A DNA stretch of 64,000 bases from an uncultured virus (IMG/VR IMGVR_UViG_3300042453_005981) (IMGVR_UViG_3300042453_005981); one strand, 5' to 3'. Shown: positions 29,701 through 38,976, counted from the stretch's first letter. Notes: generated by a model not told the origin, from the letters alone. Made by a program: numbers and translations.

Positions 29701-31688
29701 GATTTGCTTTAAGATACTATAATCAATCAAACCAGGTAGCAATAGGTGACCAGGCATTACAAGGTAGTAGCACTGTATCCCTCAACACAGGAACACAAAA
29801 TACTGCAATAGGATATCAAGCAGGTTTTGCAAATACTTCTGGCTCTAACAATGTTTTTGTGGGTTATCAGGCAGGCTTAGCAAATACTTCTGGCACAGAT
29901 AATACTTTTGTTGGAAGTACGTCAGGAAGAGTAAATGATTCTGGGAGCAACAATACGGCAGTGGGTTCAGGATCTTTACCAAGTAACACTTCAGGAACTC
30001 TAAACTCTGCTTTTGGTGCTACAGCCCTTAACAGTAACTCTACTGGTTCACAAAACTCTGCTTTTGGCTATGGAGCTTTAAATGCCACTATATCTGGTTC
30101 TAATAATTCCGCTTTTGGATTTAATGCTTTGCAAAATAATATTTTAACAAGCGGTAATACTGGCATGGGTAGAGATGCATTAAGATATTACGCTAACTCA
30201 GACAATCAAACTGCTGTAGGTTTTGGAGCTTTGCGAGGAAATGGTACTGTAGCCCTCAACACTGGAACCCAAAATACTGCTATGGGCTATCAGGCTGGTA
30301 TAGCAAATACCTCTGGCTCTAACAACGTATTTGTCGGTTATCAGGCAGGCTTAGCAAATACTTCTGGGAGCAACAATACAGCCGTCGGCAATCAATCTTT
30401 AGCAAATAACTCAGTTGGTATTCAAAATGTAGCTGTTGGAAGTTTTGCATTATTCTATAATTTAAATGGTAATTATAACATTGCTATAGGGCAAGATACT
30501 TTAAGAAATTATGAAACACAAGGTTTGCAAATAGCTATTGGGTATAGAGCTTTAAGAGGAAGTGACACAAGATCTTCTAACACAGGGTTTTCTAACGTTG
30601 CTGTAGGAAGAGAAACTTTAAGCATAAATACGTCTGGCTCTAACAACACTGCTCTTGGAACGTTAGCAGGTACTGTTAATAATAATGGTAATCAAAATAC
30701 TTTTGTTGGAGCACAAAGTGGGGACGGAAATACTTCAGGGTCTTCAAACACATATCTCGGTTATCTCACAGATGGAGCCCCTTCAGGCAACTATCAAATT
30801 GCAGTGGGTGATAGTGTAACGCTTACTGCATCCAATCTTGGTGCATGGGGTGGTAATACTAACTCCACTCGCACTGACCTTGGTATTGGTACTTTTACGC
30901 CACTAGCTCGTTTACATGTTGAAACATTAGCCGCTGGAAACATGGGCTTGTATATTGCAGGATCTGTATCACAAACTGGCGACTTAGTAGAGGTAAATGC
31001 CACGGCAAATGGTCAAAACTATTTCACGATTACTGGAATTGGCTCTGTTGGTATTTATACTTCATTACCTGCACAAGCCTTAGATGTAAGAGGCAATCAG
31101 ATTGTGTCTGGTATATCAACAGCGTTTAGTTTCTTCGGTTTTGGTTCAAACCTTACTAATTTAAATGCATCTAGTCTGTTCTCAGGAACAGTGCCAAGTT
31201 CAGTGGTATCAGGATCTTACTCAGGAATAACATCTGTTGGAACATTATCACAATTGAGTGTTTCAGGATTTTCTACTTTAAAGAATTTTGAATCTAGTGG
31301 TCAATTTAATTTTTATGGAACTTCAAACCTTGATAACCAAAGAGTGTTTACTGGAGCATCTTCTTCAATTAATCAAACTACATTTGTAGGCATGACTTCT
31401 ATTGCAGTTCCTGTTGGTTATCAATTAACAATTGAAGGTAAAATCAATGGATGGTTCAATGAAAGTTTCAATGAAAGCGGTAGATTCTTCGCTGTATTTA
31501 ATAACTCAATTGGAATTGTTTCTATAATTGGTCAGCCAGACATTACATCTAAATTTGTTGGATCAAGTGGTAATTTTGACATACAAGCCCAAGGACCCAA
31601 TGTTGTTATTGTTACTAAATCTAACGCATCTTCCAATATGTGGCTATGGAAAACATCTTATGATTACTTACTTACACAAAATGTATAA
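23778..31688 (+). CDS. giant tail fibre / adhesin-like virion protein, 2636 aa
   Basis: GQILSSTGSGVAW and VGIGT..P...LHV fibre repeats, YadA-head-like N.A.G..AL repeats, 52-aa tandem repeats. Confidence 0.85.
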   Translation: MANTNKNILITPGIGGILSSSISQIDFIWYESGIGTNIFAPNINDLRSTIYTWEQNSEPVLLIGGIGTLNNQRKFVGPYQDFVGSFTGISSFPNIQFFPLSGKIVGNTISVSGVSTLAGIYLSGPLYDINNRSGSFGQILSSTASGVAWTSISYTGIITAIGGITNRLAKFLDEDSLGNSSIIDNGTQVIFGVGVSVLGFSTSLGFFGPGTNLTNLNASNLFFGTVPSSVVSGSYSGITSVGNLSNLFVTGLSTSLAYFGFGSNLTNLNASNLFSGTVPSSVVSGSYSGITSVGNLSSLFVTGLTTSFSYFGFGSNLTNLNASNLFSGTVPSSVVSGSYSGITSVGNLSSLFVTGLTTSFSYFGFGSNLTNLNASNLFSGTVPSARISGSYSGITSVGNLSSLFVTGLTTSFSYFGFGSNLTNLNASNLLSGTVPSSVVSGSYSGITSVGNLSSLFVTGLTTSFSYFGFGSNLTNLNASNLFSGTVPSSVVSGSYSGITSVGNLSNLFVTGLTTSFSYFGFGSNLTNLNASNLFSGTVPSSVVSGSYSGITSVGNLSSLFVTGLTTSFSYFGFGSNLTNLNASNLFSGTVPSSVVSGSYSGITSVGNLSSLFVTGLTTLNNIEIDGWLRDSNNSIGLSGQILSSTSNGIAWTSISATGIITSIGGLTNRVSKFVDEDSLTNSNITDNGSVVDVNSVFSVSGISTFAKDIIVNFVNIGLGENQNISNTVFGNQALVNNTGIFNVAIGASVLNANTTGFSNVGLGFSALAFNLSGFANIGIGARALSGNVSGNNNIAIGQFSLRSNLTGGQNVAVGRLTLFQNISGNNNSAFGDLALRNWDVSSNQTGIGYQALQGNSTVTLNTGVFNVAIGNMAGMAVSSGSYNTFVGSQSGDQTTTGSNNTFLGGFTNGLISGDYQIAIGQSVVVSGSNQGAWGGTTNVTRTNLGIGTFNPLSRLHVETLAAGNMGLYIAGSASQTADLVEINATTNGQNYFTITGIGSVGIYTSLPSQQFQVNGNARVTGGIFDSNNFIGSANQLLSSTGSGIAWTSTAGAGIVTGAGVATRIAYFSGPNTLTSNSNFIIDSNGNFGISTSAPRNRLEVSSSARFSASVIFYGSTANEAFALTQLFDTTYFNTNNVLRFRQGGSTAGAIAFSFYDFLPNLFMTLDGSNAPRVGIGTTGPLQTLHVGGNTLISGLTTAFSYFGFGSNLTNLNASNLFSGTVPSSVVSGSYTGITSVGNLTNLNVIGISTVTNFRVLNGLYDSNNLVGLANSVLSSTGSGVLWVAPASGGPGGGTINGTIEANRIAFGAASNTITGISTFVYSNQGFIGINTSNPNANLDVQGTFLATGMSTFLNLNVLGRLYDRSVGSGNTGQILVSTNSGVAWTTIDAIFYQLADSQIAFGLGSDTIYGVSTFVYSGGNLGIGTSAPLQTLHVVGNALISGLTTSLAYFGFGSNLTNLNASNLFSGTVPSSVVSGSYAGITSVGNLSNLFVTGIATLVNAEIDGWLKDRSGSIGTLGQVLSSTGSGVAWSSVSSIGIITGSGTINTIAKFGASSSLINSNITDNGIAVTVNSRVFVNGIGSFLGDIFVNQMTVGLGSQQSTGNVAIGFQAFQTASPSASGNVAVGDRAMQTTSNAIFGNVAIGQLALAVNQANRNIAIGAQALSSNTSGTGNIAIGHQALSLSTVDLGNIAIGDRAMRFLTGGSGGNNIAIGGGANLTTAAETTFVGATAGNNYTTQGQHVAVGAYALVGVSTTAATGTQNTAIGYSVMTGITGGSANVGLGHFALNALTSGNSNTGLGYFALVSNTTGSFNVAVGREALRYYTTISNQTAVGYQALRGNSDTTLNTGTSNVAIGYQAGLANSSGFLNTYLGHQAGLANANGTHNTFIGATVGSASTSNHNTIIGAASYQANNLGEANIVVGSLSAQLNTSGSYNTVVGYNVFNSNTTGGNNAAFGFNALASNNTGGQNIAIGRFALRYYNQSNQVAIGDQALQGSSTVSLNTGTQNTAIGYQAGFANTSGSNNVFVGYQAGLANTSGTDNTFVGSTSGRVNDSGSNNTAVGSGSLPSNTSGTLNSAFGATALNSNSTGSQNSAFGYGALNATISGSNNSAFGFNALQNNILTSGNTGMGRDALRYYANSDNQTAVGFGALRGNGTVALNTGTQNTAMGYQAGIANTSGSNNVFVGYQAGLANTSGSNNTAVGNQSLANNSVGIQNVAVGSFALFYNLNGNYNIAIGQDTLRNYETQGLQIAIGYRALRGSDTRSSNTGFSNVAVGRETLSINTSGSNNTALGTLAGTVNNNGNQNTFVGAQSGDGNTSGSSNTYLGYLTDGAPSGNYQIAVGDSVTLTASNLGAWGGNTNSTRTDLGIGTFTPLARLHVETLAAGNMGLYIAGSVSQTGDLVEVNATANGQNYFTITGIGSVGIYTSLPAQALDVRGNQIVSGISTAFSFFGFGSNLTNLNASSLFSGTVPSSVVSGSYSGITSVGTLSQLSVSGFSTLKNFESSGQFNFYGTSNLDNQRVFTGASSSINQTTFVGMTSIAVPVGYQLTIEGKINGWFNESFNESGRFFAVFNNSIGIVSIIGQPDITSKFVGSSGNFDIQAQGPNVVIVTKSNASSNMWLWKTSYDYLLTQNV
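24405..25631 (+). repeat. 156-bp (52-aa) coding tandem repeat, about 8 copies
   Basis: GSNLTNLNASNLFSGTVPSSVVSGSYSGITSVGNLSSLFVTGLTTSFSYFGF; aatgc anchors at 24426 and 24582; single copies also near 27360-27505, 28100-28260, 31110-31245. Confidence 0.95.
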
Positions 31689-31718
31689 TTTATTTAAAAA
31701 TATGGAGGCAAATATTTA

Positions 31719-32438
31719 ATGGCATACTTTCTTGGTCCTGTTTCAGTAACAAGCAACTTGTTATACTACTACGACGCCGCAAATCAATTTAGCTACCCCC
31801 AATCTGGTAGCACATGGAGAGATTTAAGTGGTTTATCTAATAATGCCACTTTATCAGGAACAGGATTTTCTACAGATTTCCAAGGTGCAATTACAATGCC
31901 AGCTGGCTCTGAAACTATTGTACTTAATGACAATACTTCTATATCAGCTGCATTCCCCTCAAGTAGCTTTACAATAATAATAGCTGTCAGAGCAAAAGAT
32001 CAAGCAAGCCCAAGAAGTGCTCTGCCTATGTGGATTCAAGCATCAAACCCAGTTGCTGCGGCAATCAATAAAGGTTGGCAGGTTGGTGAGGGTGCAAGCT
32101 TAAGCGCAATAAATGTTGAAGTAAGTGATGGAGTAAATTATTCTACGATTGCTTTATCTCATGGTGTGGCACAGACAACTACATATCATAGAGCTTTTGT
32201 AGTTGATAGGACAAATGGATGTACAACAAACTATTTTGTTAATGGCGTGTTGGTTGGAATTGCATCAACTTCAGCTGTAACGGGGACTATATATACTTCA
32301 GGTGGTTTTACATTTGGAAACACAGCTGGATGGAGATTTGTGGGAGACATTTATATGATACAAGTTTATAGCAGAGCTTTATCTACATCTGAAGTACAAC
32401 AAAATTTTGCAGCTGTAAGGAGCAGGCTTGGTATATGA
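31719..32438 (+). CDS. LamG/concanavalin-A-like virion protein
   Basis: GP.....L.YYDAAN..SY..SG.TW.DLSG...YSRALS.SEVQQNF; GGAGG SD. Confidence 0.8.
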   Translation: MAYFLGPVSVTSNLLYYYDAANQFSYPQSGSTWRDLSGLSNNATLSGTGFSTDFQGAITMPAGSETIVLNDNTSISAAFPSSSFTIIIAVRAKDQASPRSALPMWIQASNPVAAAINKGWQVGEGASLSAINVEVSDGVNYSTIALSHGVAQTTTYHRAFVVDRTNGCTTNYFVNGVLVGIASTSAVTGTIYTSGGFTFGNTAGWRFVGDIYMIQVYSRALSTSEVQQNFAAVRSRLGI

Positions 32439-33787
32439 GTGCTACTGGTGGACCTTCTATAAGCACAAGAAATCTTATCTTAAACTATGATCCAAGTAAC
32501 TTTTTTTCATATAATGGTGTAGGTAACACTATTAACGACTTGTCTAGATCAAGTTTTTCTGGTGCATTGAATAATATTGTTTTCTCACAACAAAATCAAG
32601 GCATATTATCTTTTAATGGGTCTTCTTCTTTCATAACTGGAAATACTGGATTTGGAACAATTTTAAATTCAGGTAATTACTCTGTGAATGCCTGGGTTTT
32701 TTTAAGCTCTTTAAGCACTGCTTCAATTTTCAATAACTTTTGCGTGGGTATAGGTTCCACCTTTCTTGTGCCTTCAGTTTCTCAAAATGCTGGGCAAGCA
32801 GGCTCAGTTGCAGGAACTCTTACGCCAGGTTCGATTATTGTGGGCATGTCTGGCATAATTTCCACTTTACCAAATGTTTCATTATCAACAGTTTTTGATA
32901 ATAGAAATGGAAATATTTATTCTATTACTGGTGGATTAACACAGCAAATTGTAGGTATTGATGCCATTAATAGGTTTTGTACTTTTTATCATTGGTATGG
33001 GGTTAATACATCTAGCGCCACAGGTTTGACTGTTAACTTTCAATACACTGGTGGTACTCCAACAATAAATTATAATAACTTTGTGGAAGTAATAAATTGT
33101 GATACAAAACCTGGTTTTGTAGAAAGTAGTGTTTCTGTGAATTATTTTGGGGCAGGTGCCACTAACACTCCGCTTTTTGCTTCAACTCGAATAAGGGATT
33201 TTGTTTACACTTCAAATTTTGGTAGATTTAACATCACTCCAACTTCGGGAACTTTAAGTGGAAATTTGCAATTCACATCAGCGTTTGGAGGTAATGGTAC
33301 TTATGGTTTATCTGCTAATTATGCGGTTCAAAACCCTATAGGATTTAACAGTGTTTATTATGCTGGCGGCTTAGGTGCCACTGGTTTTATTGGCGCAACT
33401 ATAATAAAATCTTTAAATCCATACCGAGATGGAACACAAAACGCTGGAATGGTTATAAATAATGGTGTAATTGCTTCAAGAACTACTACGCAAATTTACA
33501 ACACCACACAATCTGTTTCAGTATCTAGATGGAATAATGTTTGCATTGTTTATTCTGGAATAGGTGCATCCACATATTTAAATGGCAATCTTGTGTCTAC
33601 TCAAGATGCAGCTAAATTAGTTGCTTCAGTAGGGGTTACTAGTTTTGTCATTGGTTCTAATGGTGTAACTACAAATTCTGAAGTATTAAATGGTAACATT
33701 GGATATATTGGAATTTACAACACAAACCTCACACAATCTGAAGTTACAAACAATTTTAATGCTTTAGTGAGCAGGTTCATAGCTTAG
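32435..33787 (+). CDS. LamG-like virion protein with internal inserted domain
   Basis: same N- and C-terminal LamG motifs (WNNVC..Y, YLNG, IYN..LT.SEV..NF) separated by about 230 aa. Confidence 0.75.
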   Translation: MSATGGPSISTRNLILNYDPSNFFSYNGVGNTINDLSRSSFSGALNNIVFSQQNQGILSFNGSSSFITGNTGFGTILNSGNYSVNAWVFLSSLSTASIFNNFCVGIGSTFLVPSVSQNAGQAGSVAGTLTPGSIIVGMSGIISTLPNVSLSTVFDNRNGNIYSITGGLTQQIVGIDAINRFCTFYHWYGVNTSSATGLTVNFQYTGGTPTINYNNFVEVINCDTKPGFVESSVSVNYFGAGATNTPLFASTRIRDFVYTSNFGRFNITPTSGTLSGNLQFTSAFGGNGTYGLSANYAVQNPIGFNSVYYAGGLGATGFIGATIIKSLNPYRDGTQNAGMVINNGVIASRTTTQIYNTTQSVSVSRWNNVCIVYSGIGASTYLNGNLVSTQDAAKLVASVGVTSFVIGSNGVTTNSEVLNGNIGYIGIYNTNLTQSEVTNNFNALVSRFIA

Positions 33788-33826
33788 GTAAAAACCCAAA
33801 AAAATAAGAATATTAATTTGTAGTGT

Positions 33827-36800
33827 ATGAGAATTTATAACGATTCAATAGAAAATGCAGTGGGGATAAGCTCATCTCAGTATGGGCTTTATGTTGGGTC
33901 TGGATATACATTTTTTACACCTCCTGTAAATGGTTTAATTATTCAAGGCTCTGTAGGAATTGCAACTTCAAGTCCAACACAAGCACTACACGTTTCTGGG
34001 TCTGCAAGAATTACAGGTGCAATTTATGATTCAAATAACGCCACAGGTTCTTTGAATCAAGTTTTAACATCTACTGGAGTTGGTATAACTTGGGCTACTG
34101 TAAGTTCAACAGGTGGGGTGTCTGGCTCTGGAACAACAAACACTGTTGCTAAATTTAATTCTTCAAGCTCTTTATCTAACTCAAACATCACAGATAATGG
34201 AATTGCAGTAACAGTAAATTCTCGCATTTTTGTTAATGGTTTTGGTTCTTTTTTAGGTGATTTGTTCGTTAATCTCATAACTGTTGGGAGAGGTGGTGGA
34301 TCAAATACGCTTAATACTGTTGTAGGTTTTCAAGCTGGTCTTGCAAATACGTCTGGTTCTAATAATACTTTTATTGGATATCAAGCTGGATTAGCTAATA
34401 CTTCAGGATCAAACAACACTGCTCTTGGAGCTTCAGCCTTATTCAGTAATAACACAGGTGCGTCTAATGTTGCTATAGGCTACAATGCTTTATATGCTAC
34501 AACGTATGGTGCAAGAAATGTAACTGTAGGTTTTGAAGCTGGATATCAAATTGTTAGTGCAAATGACAACACTTATATGGGTTACAGAGTTGGATATGCC
34601 AATACAAATGGTTCAGGAAATTCTGCATTTGGAATTAACGCCTTAAATTCAGCTACCACTCCTTTCTTCAACACAGCTATAGGTAGGCAGTCACTTTATT
34701 CTACTACAACTGGGGGCGACAATACAGCTGTTGGGAATAATGCTGGTTTTACTAATACAACTGGAACATATAATGTCTACATTGGGGCTGGAGCTGGACA
34801 ATATCAAACACAATCTTTTCTCACAGCAATTGGTGGAGTGGCGCTTAGAGGAAATGTTGACACAACTTTAAATACTGGGACTTTAAATGTTGCTGTTGGG
34901 TACGCTGCTGGAACTGCAAATACTTCAGGTAGTAGCAACACTTTTATTGGTCACACTGCAGGGGCAAACAACAGTACAGGAAATACAAATACTTTTGTAG
35001 GAAACTATGCTGGTTCAGCTAACACATCGGGTTCAAATAATAATTTTTTTGGTGCGAATACTGGAGCTAACAATTCCACAGGCACTGGAAACGTTGCTAT
35101 GGGAATTTCTGCTTTCAATCAAAACAGGCATGGGATAAATAATGTTGCTATTGGCAGACAAGCTTTCTATTATAATGTTTCAGGAAGTAGTAATGTTGCA
35201 GTGGGCAACAACGCTTTATTTTACTATGAATCTTCTTCAAGCAATACGGCTGTTGGAGACGCTGCGCTCTTAGGTAATTCTACCACTTCTTTAAACACTG
35301 CCTCAGGCAACGTGGCTTTGGGTGCTTCTGCAGGCATAGCTAATTCTTCTGGATCATTTAACGTATATATTGGCAATTCTGCTGGAAGCACAGTAACTAC
35401 AGGCAATAATAATGTTTTTGTTGGTAATCAGTCAAATGGAATTGCGGCTGGCAGTAACCAAATAGCTATTGGTCAAGGCGTAATTATTACAGCATCTAAC
35501 CAAGGAGCATGGGGTGGAAGCACTAATTCTACTCGAACTAACCTTGGTATAGGTACTTTTTCACCTTTAGCGAGATTACACATTGAGACTTTAGCTGCAG
35601 CAAATATGGGTTTGTATATTGCTGGTTCTGCATCTCAGACTGGAGACTTGGTAGAAGTAAATGCCACTGCAAATGGTGCAAATTATTTCACAATAACAGG
35701 AATTGGCTCTGTGGGCATTTACACTGCTACCCCGACACAACAATTACATGTTTCTGGTAATGTCAGAATAAATGGTGGAATCTTTGATTCTAACAACAAC
35801 ATAGGTTTAGCAAACTCTGTTTTAAGCTCTACAGGCACAGGTTTAGCTTGGATTGCTCAGTCTGCTGCAGCTGCAGGCAGTGGAACAATTGGCGGCTCAA
35901 TATCTACGAACCAAATTGCTTTTGGCAACACTTTAAATGTAATCACTGGTATTTCAACTTTTGTTTATTCAAATAATCGTGTTGGTATTGGCACTGCTGT
36001 TCCTTTGTCTATTCTTCACACACGATCTGGTTTTGCTAATTCTTCAGCATTGAGGGTAGATGGTATTTCTGGCAATCTTTTTGAAGTCACAGATATTCTA
36101 ACAGGTAACTTGCAGTCTGTAAACAATATTTCTGGTTTACCTGTTTTTCAAGTTTTTGATGGTGTAAATAACCCATTGGTTGCAGTAAAAACTCCAGTGG
36201 GTCTCGCTTCTGAAGCATTCTCTGTTACATCACCTCTTAATTTTCCTTATTTCAGTGTGAGCGGTTTAGGAAGCGTGGGTATTGGAACTTCCACCCCTTC
36301 AAGAACTATGCATGTTCAAGGAAATATGCGTGTTACAGGCGTGTTTGCCGATACATTCAATGCTGCTGGTGCATCTAACAATTTATTACAATCTACAGGA
36401 TCTGGAACTGCTTGGTCTTCCTTTGTTCAACTAGGTTTAGTTACAGGTGCAAGTGCTGGTTCTAGAATTGCTTTTTATGCTACTCCAAACTCTTTGATTG
36501 GTGTATCTACCTTCGTTTACACAGGTATAGGCTCTGTTGGAATAGGAACAGCTAACCCCACGCAACTATTACATGTCACTGGTATTGGTAGATTTGACCA
36601 AATTACATTGGGACCAACAGCCACTCCTGTTTCTGGATATCCACTTTCTCTATTTGGTAATTTTTATTTAAGAGCAAATGATGTTATTTCATGGTCAGCT
36701 GGAAATGCAAGTATTGTATCAGCAAGTGGTGTTTTTGATTTAAGATTCAGAACATATAACGGCTCTACTGCTGAGTTTGAGCATATGAGAATTTTGTCTA

Positions 36801-37531
36801 ATGGAAATGTTGGCATCGGAACTACTGGACCTTTAGCAAAACTACATGTTCAAAGCTCTAATGTCGCTAATATACCATTAATTCTTTCAGGTTTTGGAAT
36901 ACAAACTGCTGATTATTTGAGAATTGAATCGCAAGTCAATGGAACAAGATTAATTACAATTGATTCAACAGGAGAATTAGGTATTGGAACATCCACTCCT
37001 ACTCAAACTCTGCATGTGCAAGCAGGATCTAGGTTTAATGGAGCAATTTTTGACACTAATAATCTTTCTGGTGGTCCGATTGGTATTGTAAGCCAAGTAT
37101 TGCAATCAACTGGAACAGGTGTGACGTGGGCTCCAGTAAAAAGATCATTAATCATACCATTGATGACAGCATTTACACCCACTGCTTCTGGAATTGATGC
37201 AGGTGTATTTATTGTACCACAAGATCCTATTAATGGTATTTCATCTGTAAACTATAACTTACGAAGGGTTAATGTGCGAGTTGAAACTCCAGCAACAGGA
37301 ATCACTACAATAAATGTATCTAAATCCACAAGTCCTGGCGTGTTCTCTGGTGCGAATATTTTATCTTCAGATATTCTTGTTACAGGTGCTTCTAATTATG
37401 AATTCGCATCTAGCTCCTTTACTGGATTTGGAGCAACAGCAACAAGTAACGATAAATTTGCAGTGAACTTTATAGGGACAGCACCAACATTTGCTAACTT
37501 TACAGTGGAATTAATATTGAGAGAAGCATGA
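33827..37531 (+). CDS. tail fibre / adhesin-like protein, 1234 aa
   Basis: VGIGT..P..LHV repeats, NTSGSNNT..G beta-roll repeats, modules shared with 23778-31688. Confidence 0.85.
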   Translation: MRIYNDSIENAVGISSSQYGLYVGSGYTFFTPPVNGLIIQGSVGIATSSPTQALHVSGSARITGAIYDSNNATGSLNQVLTSTGVGITWATVSSTGGVSGSGTTNTVAKFNSSSSLSNSNITDNGIAVTVNSRIFVNGFGSFLGDLFVNLITVGRGGGSNTLNTVVGFQAGLANTSGSNNTFIGYQAGLANTSGSNNTALGASALFSNNTGASNVAIGYNALYATTYGARNVTVGFEAGYQIVSANDNTYMGYRVGYANTNGSGNSAFGINALNSATTPFFNTAIGRQSLYSTTTGGDNTAVGNNAGFTNTTGTYNVYIGAGAGQYQTQSFLTAIGGVALRGNVDTTLNTGTLNVAVGYAAGTANTSGSSNTFIGHTAGANNSTGNTNTFVGNYAGSANTSGSNNNFFGANTGANNSTGTGNVAMGISAFNQNRHGINNVAIGRQAFYYNVSGSSNVAVGNNALFYYESSSSNTAVGDAALLGNSTTSLNTASGNVALGASAGIANSSGSFNVYIGNSAGSTVTTGNNNVFVGNQSNGIAAGSNQIAIGQGVIITASNQGAWGGSTNSTRTNLGIGTFSPLARLHIETLAAANMGLYIAGSASQTGDLVEVNATANGANYFTITGIGSVGIYTATPTQQLHVSGNVRINGGIFDSNNNIGLANSVLSSTGTGLAWIAQSAAAAGSGTIGGSISTNQIAFGNTLNVITGISTFVYSNNRVGIGTAVPLSILHTRSGFANSSALRVDGISGNLFEVTDILTGNLQSVNNISGLPVFQVFDGVNNPLVAVKTPVGLASEAFSVTSPLNFPYFSVSGLGSVGIGTSTPSRTMHVQGNMRVTGVFADTFNAAGASNNLLQSTGSGTAWSSFVQLGLVTGASAGSRIAFYATPNSLIGVSTFVYTGIGSVGIGTANPTQLLHVTGIGRFDQITLGPTATPVSGYPLSLFGNFYLRANDVISWSAGNASIVSASGVFDLRFRTYNGSTAEFEHMRILSNGNVGIGTTGPLAKLHVQSSNVANIPLILSGFGIQTADYLRIESQVNGTRLITIDSTGELGIGTSTPTQTLHVQAGSRFNGAIFDTNNLSGGPIGIVSQVLQSTGTGVTWAPVKRSLIIPLMTAFTPTASGIDAGVFIVPQDPINGISSVNYNLRRVNVRVETPATGITTINVSKSTSPGVFSGANILSSDILVTGASNYEFASSSFTGFGATATSNDKFAVNFIGTAPTFANFTVELILREA

Positions 37532-38022
37532 AATTAGAAAAACAAAAAAGAAATGATTTTGATATTTGGTTGAATGAAAATGGTGCAATTTATTCAATTA
37601 TTCCAGTACCTAAAAATCTATGTTATCATTTTTGCTTACCTGAAACATTTTATCAAACAATCTTACAATTGGGATCATGTGGAAACTCACTGAGATATTT
37701 AATTAAACAAAAATACCCCGACACAATTTTAACAGATGTGGATGTAGAAGATTACTCAGAATATTCCGATAATTTTATCCAAGACGATGCATATTCATTT
37801 ATAAAAACCACTGTAATTGAATATGATTATTCAATTGTTGATTTAGCTACCACAGATGATGTTTGTGATTTTATTACTGAATTAGATTTTCAATTAAATT
37901 TGAAAAGAATCAGCAAGCAAGGAGTGATAAATTGTGGGAGTAATTACAAAGATTTTTCTTTATTAAAATGTACAAAAAAAATAAAAGCAGAGGGTAATCA
38001 CCTTTACTTTTGGGAGAGATAA
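37528..38022 (+). CDS. degenerate spermidine-synthase-like / class I methyltransferase-fold protein
   Basis: ILQLGSCG..L..LI...YP....DVDV...IQDDAYSFI...YDYSIVDL. Confidence 0.45.
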   Translation: MKLEKQKRNDFDIWLNENGAIYSIIPVPKNLCYHFCLPETFYQTILQLGSCGNSLRYLIKQKYPDTILTDVDVEDYSEYSDNFIQDDAYSFIKTTVIEYDYSIVDLATTDDVCDFITELDFQLNLKRISKQGVINCGSNYKDFSLLKCTKKIKAEGNHLYFWER

Positions 38023-38976
38023 ATGGCAACAGCAGGACCTAATTATTCTGGAGCGGTGGCAAATGATGCTTCTATTGGCACAGTTGCATGGGTCAACCCT
38101 ACAAATGCTCAAGGTAATCAAACAACAGTTTATGCTTATGTTGACCTTCTAAATGCGGGTGTTGTAGAGCTATCGATTAAATTAATTAAAGGTGGTGTTA
38201 TATCTGGAACAGACAAATCTACTGGCGCAACAATACCTACAACTCTCACCACGGTAAATTACGGAAGTGCTTCTGATTTATGGGGTCTGACATTCACTCC
38301 CACCGATATTAATTCATCAAATTTTGGCGTGGTATTTGCCTCACAGGAACCCTTAGCACCAACAGAATCAAATTATCTTTCTGCAACTAATTTTGGATTT
38401 TCTATTCCTGCTGGTTCGACAATAAATGGAATATCATGTTCTATAACGCAGTTAGCGGCAAATGCAGCTTCTTTTGCTGAAGGCACACAAATTCAAACAC
38501 AATCTGGAATTAAAAACATAGAAGAAATAACAAAAGATGATTTAGTTTTAAGTTTTAATAAAAATACAAAAAAATGCTCTTACAAAAAAGTAAAAGACGT
38601 AGTTTGCACAACAGTGCATGAATATTTAATCATCAACGAAAAAATAATCACAACTTTTAATCACTTATTTTTTACTACAAGAGGCTGGGTTCAGGCGGCA
38701 GAACTAAAAAAAGATGATTACTTATGGAAACGAAAAAACAATAAGTGGTGCAAAGAAAAAATTAAGAAAATACAAACTGAAAAGCAAACTATTAATGTTT
38801 ATAATTTTGAAGTAGAAGAAAACAACACTTACTTTGCTAATGATTTTGCTGTGCATAATGTGATTCTTGTGAACAGATATGTAAGAGTGTATAATTTTGG
38901 AATATCTGTAGACTATACAGCCTCAGGCGGAGGAGGAGTACAAAGAAGAAGAGTGATAGCTACTTCCCTTGATTAG
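38023..38976 (+). CDS. virion structural protein with inserted Hint (intein-like) domain
   Basis: W.NP.NA, YG.ASDLWG, NFGFSIP.G.TINGI host motifs around a K-rich Hint insert. Confidence 0.8.
   Translation: MATAGPNYSGAVANDASIGTVAWVNPTNAQGNQTTVYAYVDLLNAGVVELSIKLIKGGVISGTDKSTGATIPTTLTTVNYGSASDLWGLTFTPTDINSSNFGVVFASQEPLAPTESNYLSATNFGFSIPAGSTINGISCSITQLAANAASFAEGTQIQTQSGIKNIEEITKDDLVLSFNKNTKKCSYKKVKDVVCTTVHEYLIINEKIITTFNHLFFTTRGWVQAAELKKDDYLWKRKNNKWCKEKIKKIQTEKQTINVYNFEVEENNTYFANDFAVHNVILVNRYVRVYNFGISVDYTASGGGGVQRRRVIATSLD
38470..38859 (+). other. Hint domain (130 aa, no endonuclease, BIL-like; +1 residue is Val)
   Basis: block A SFAEGT, block B TFNH.F, GWV.A.EL, block F VYNFEV, block G FAN.FAVHN followed by V. 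Confidence 0.9.

Noticed and set aside
38470..38859. Canonical mobile intein
   Set aside because: No C/S/T at +1 and no endonuclease domain; reported as a BIL-like Hint domain instead
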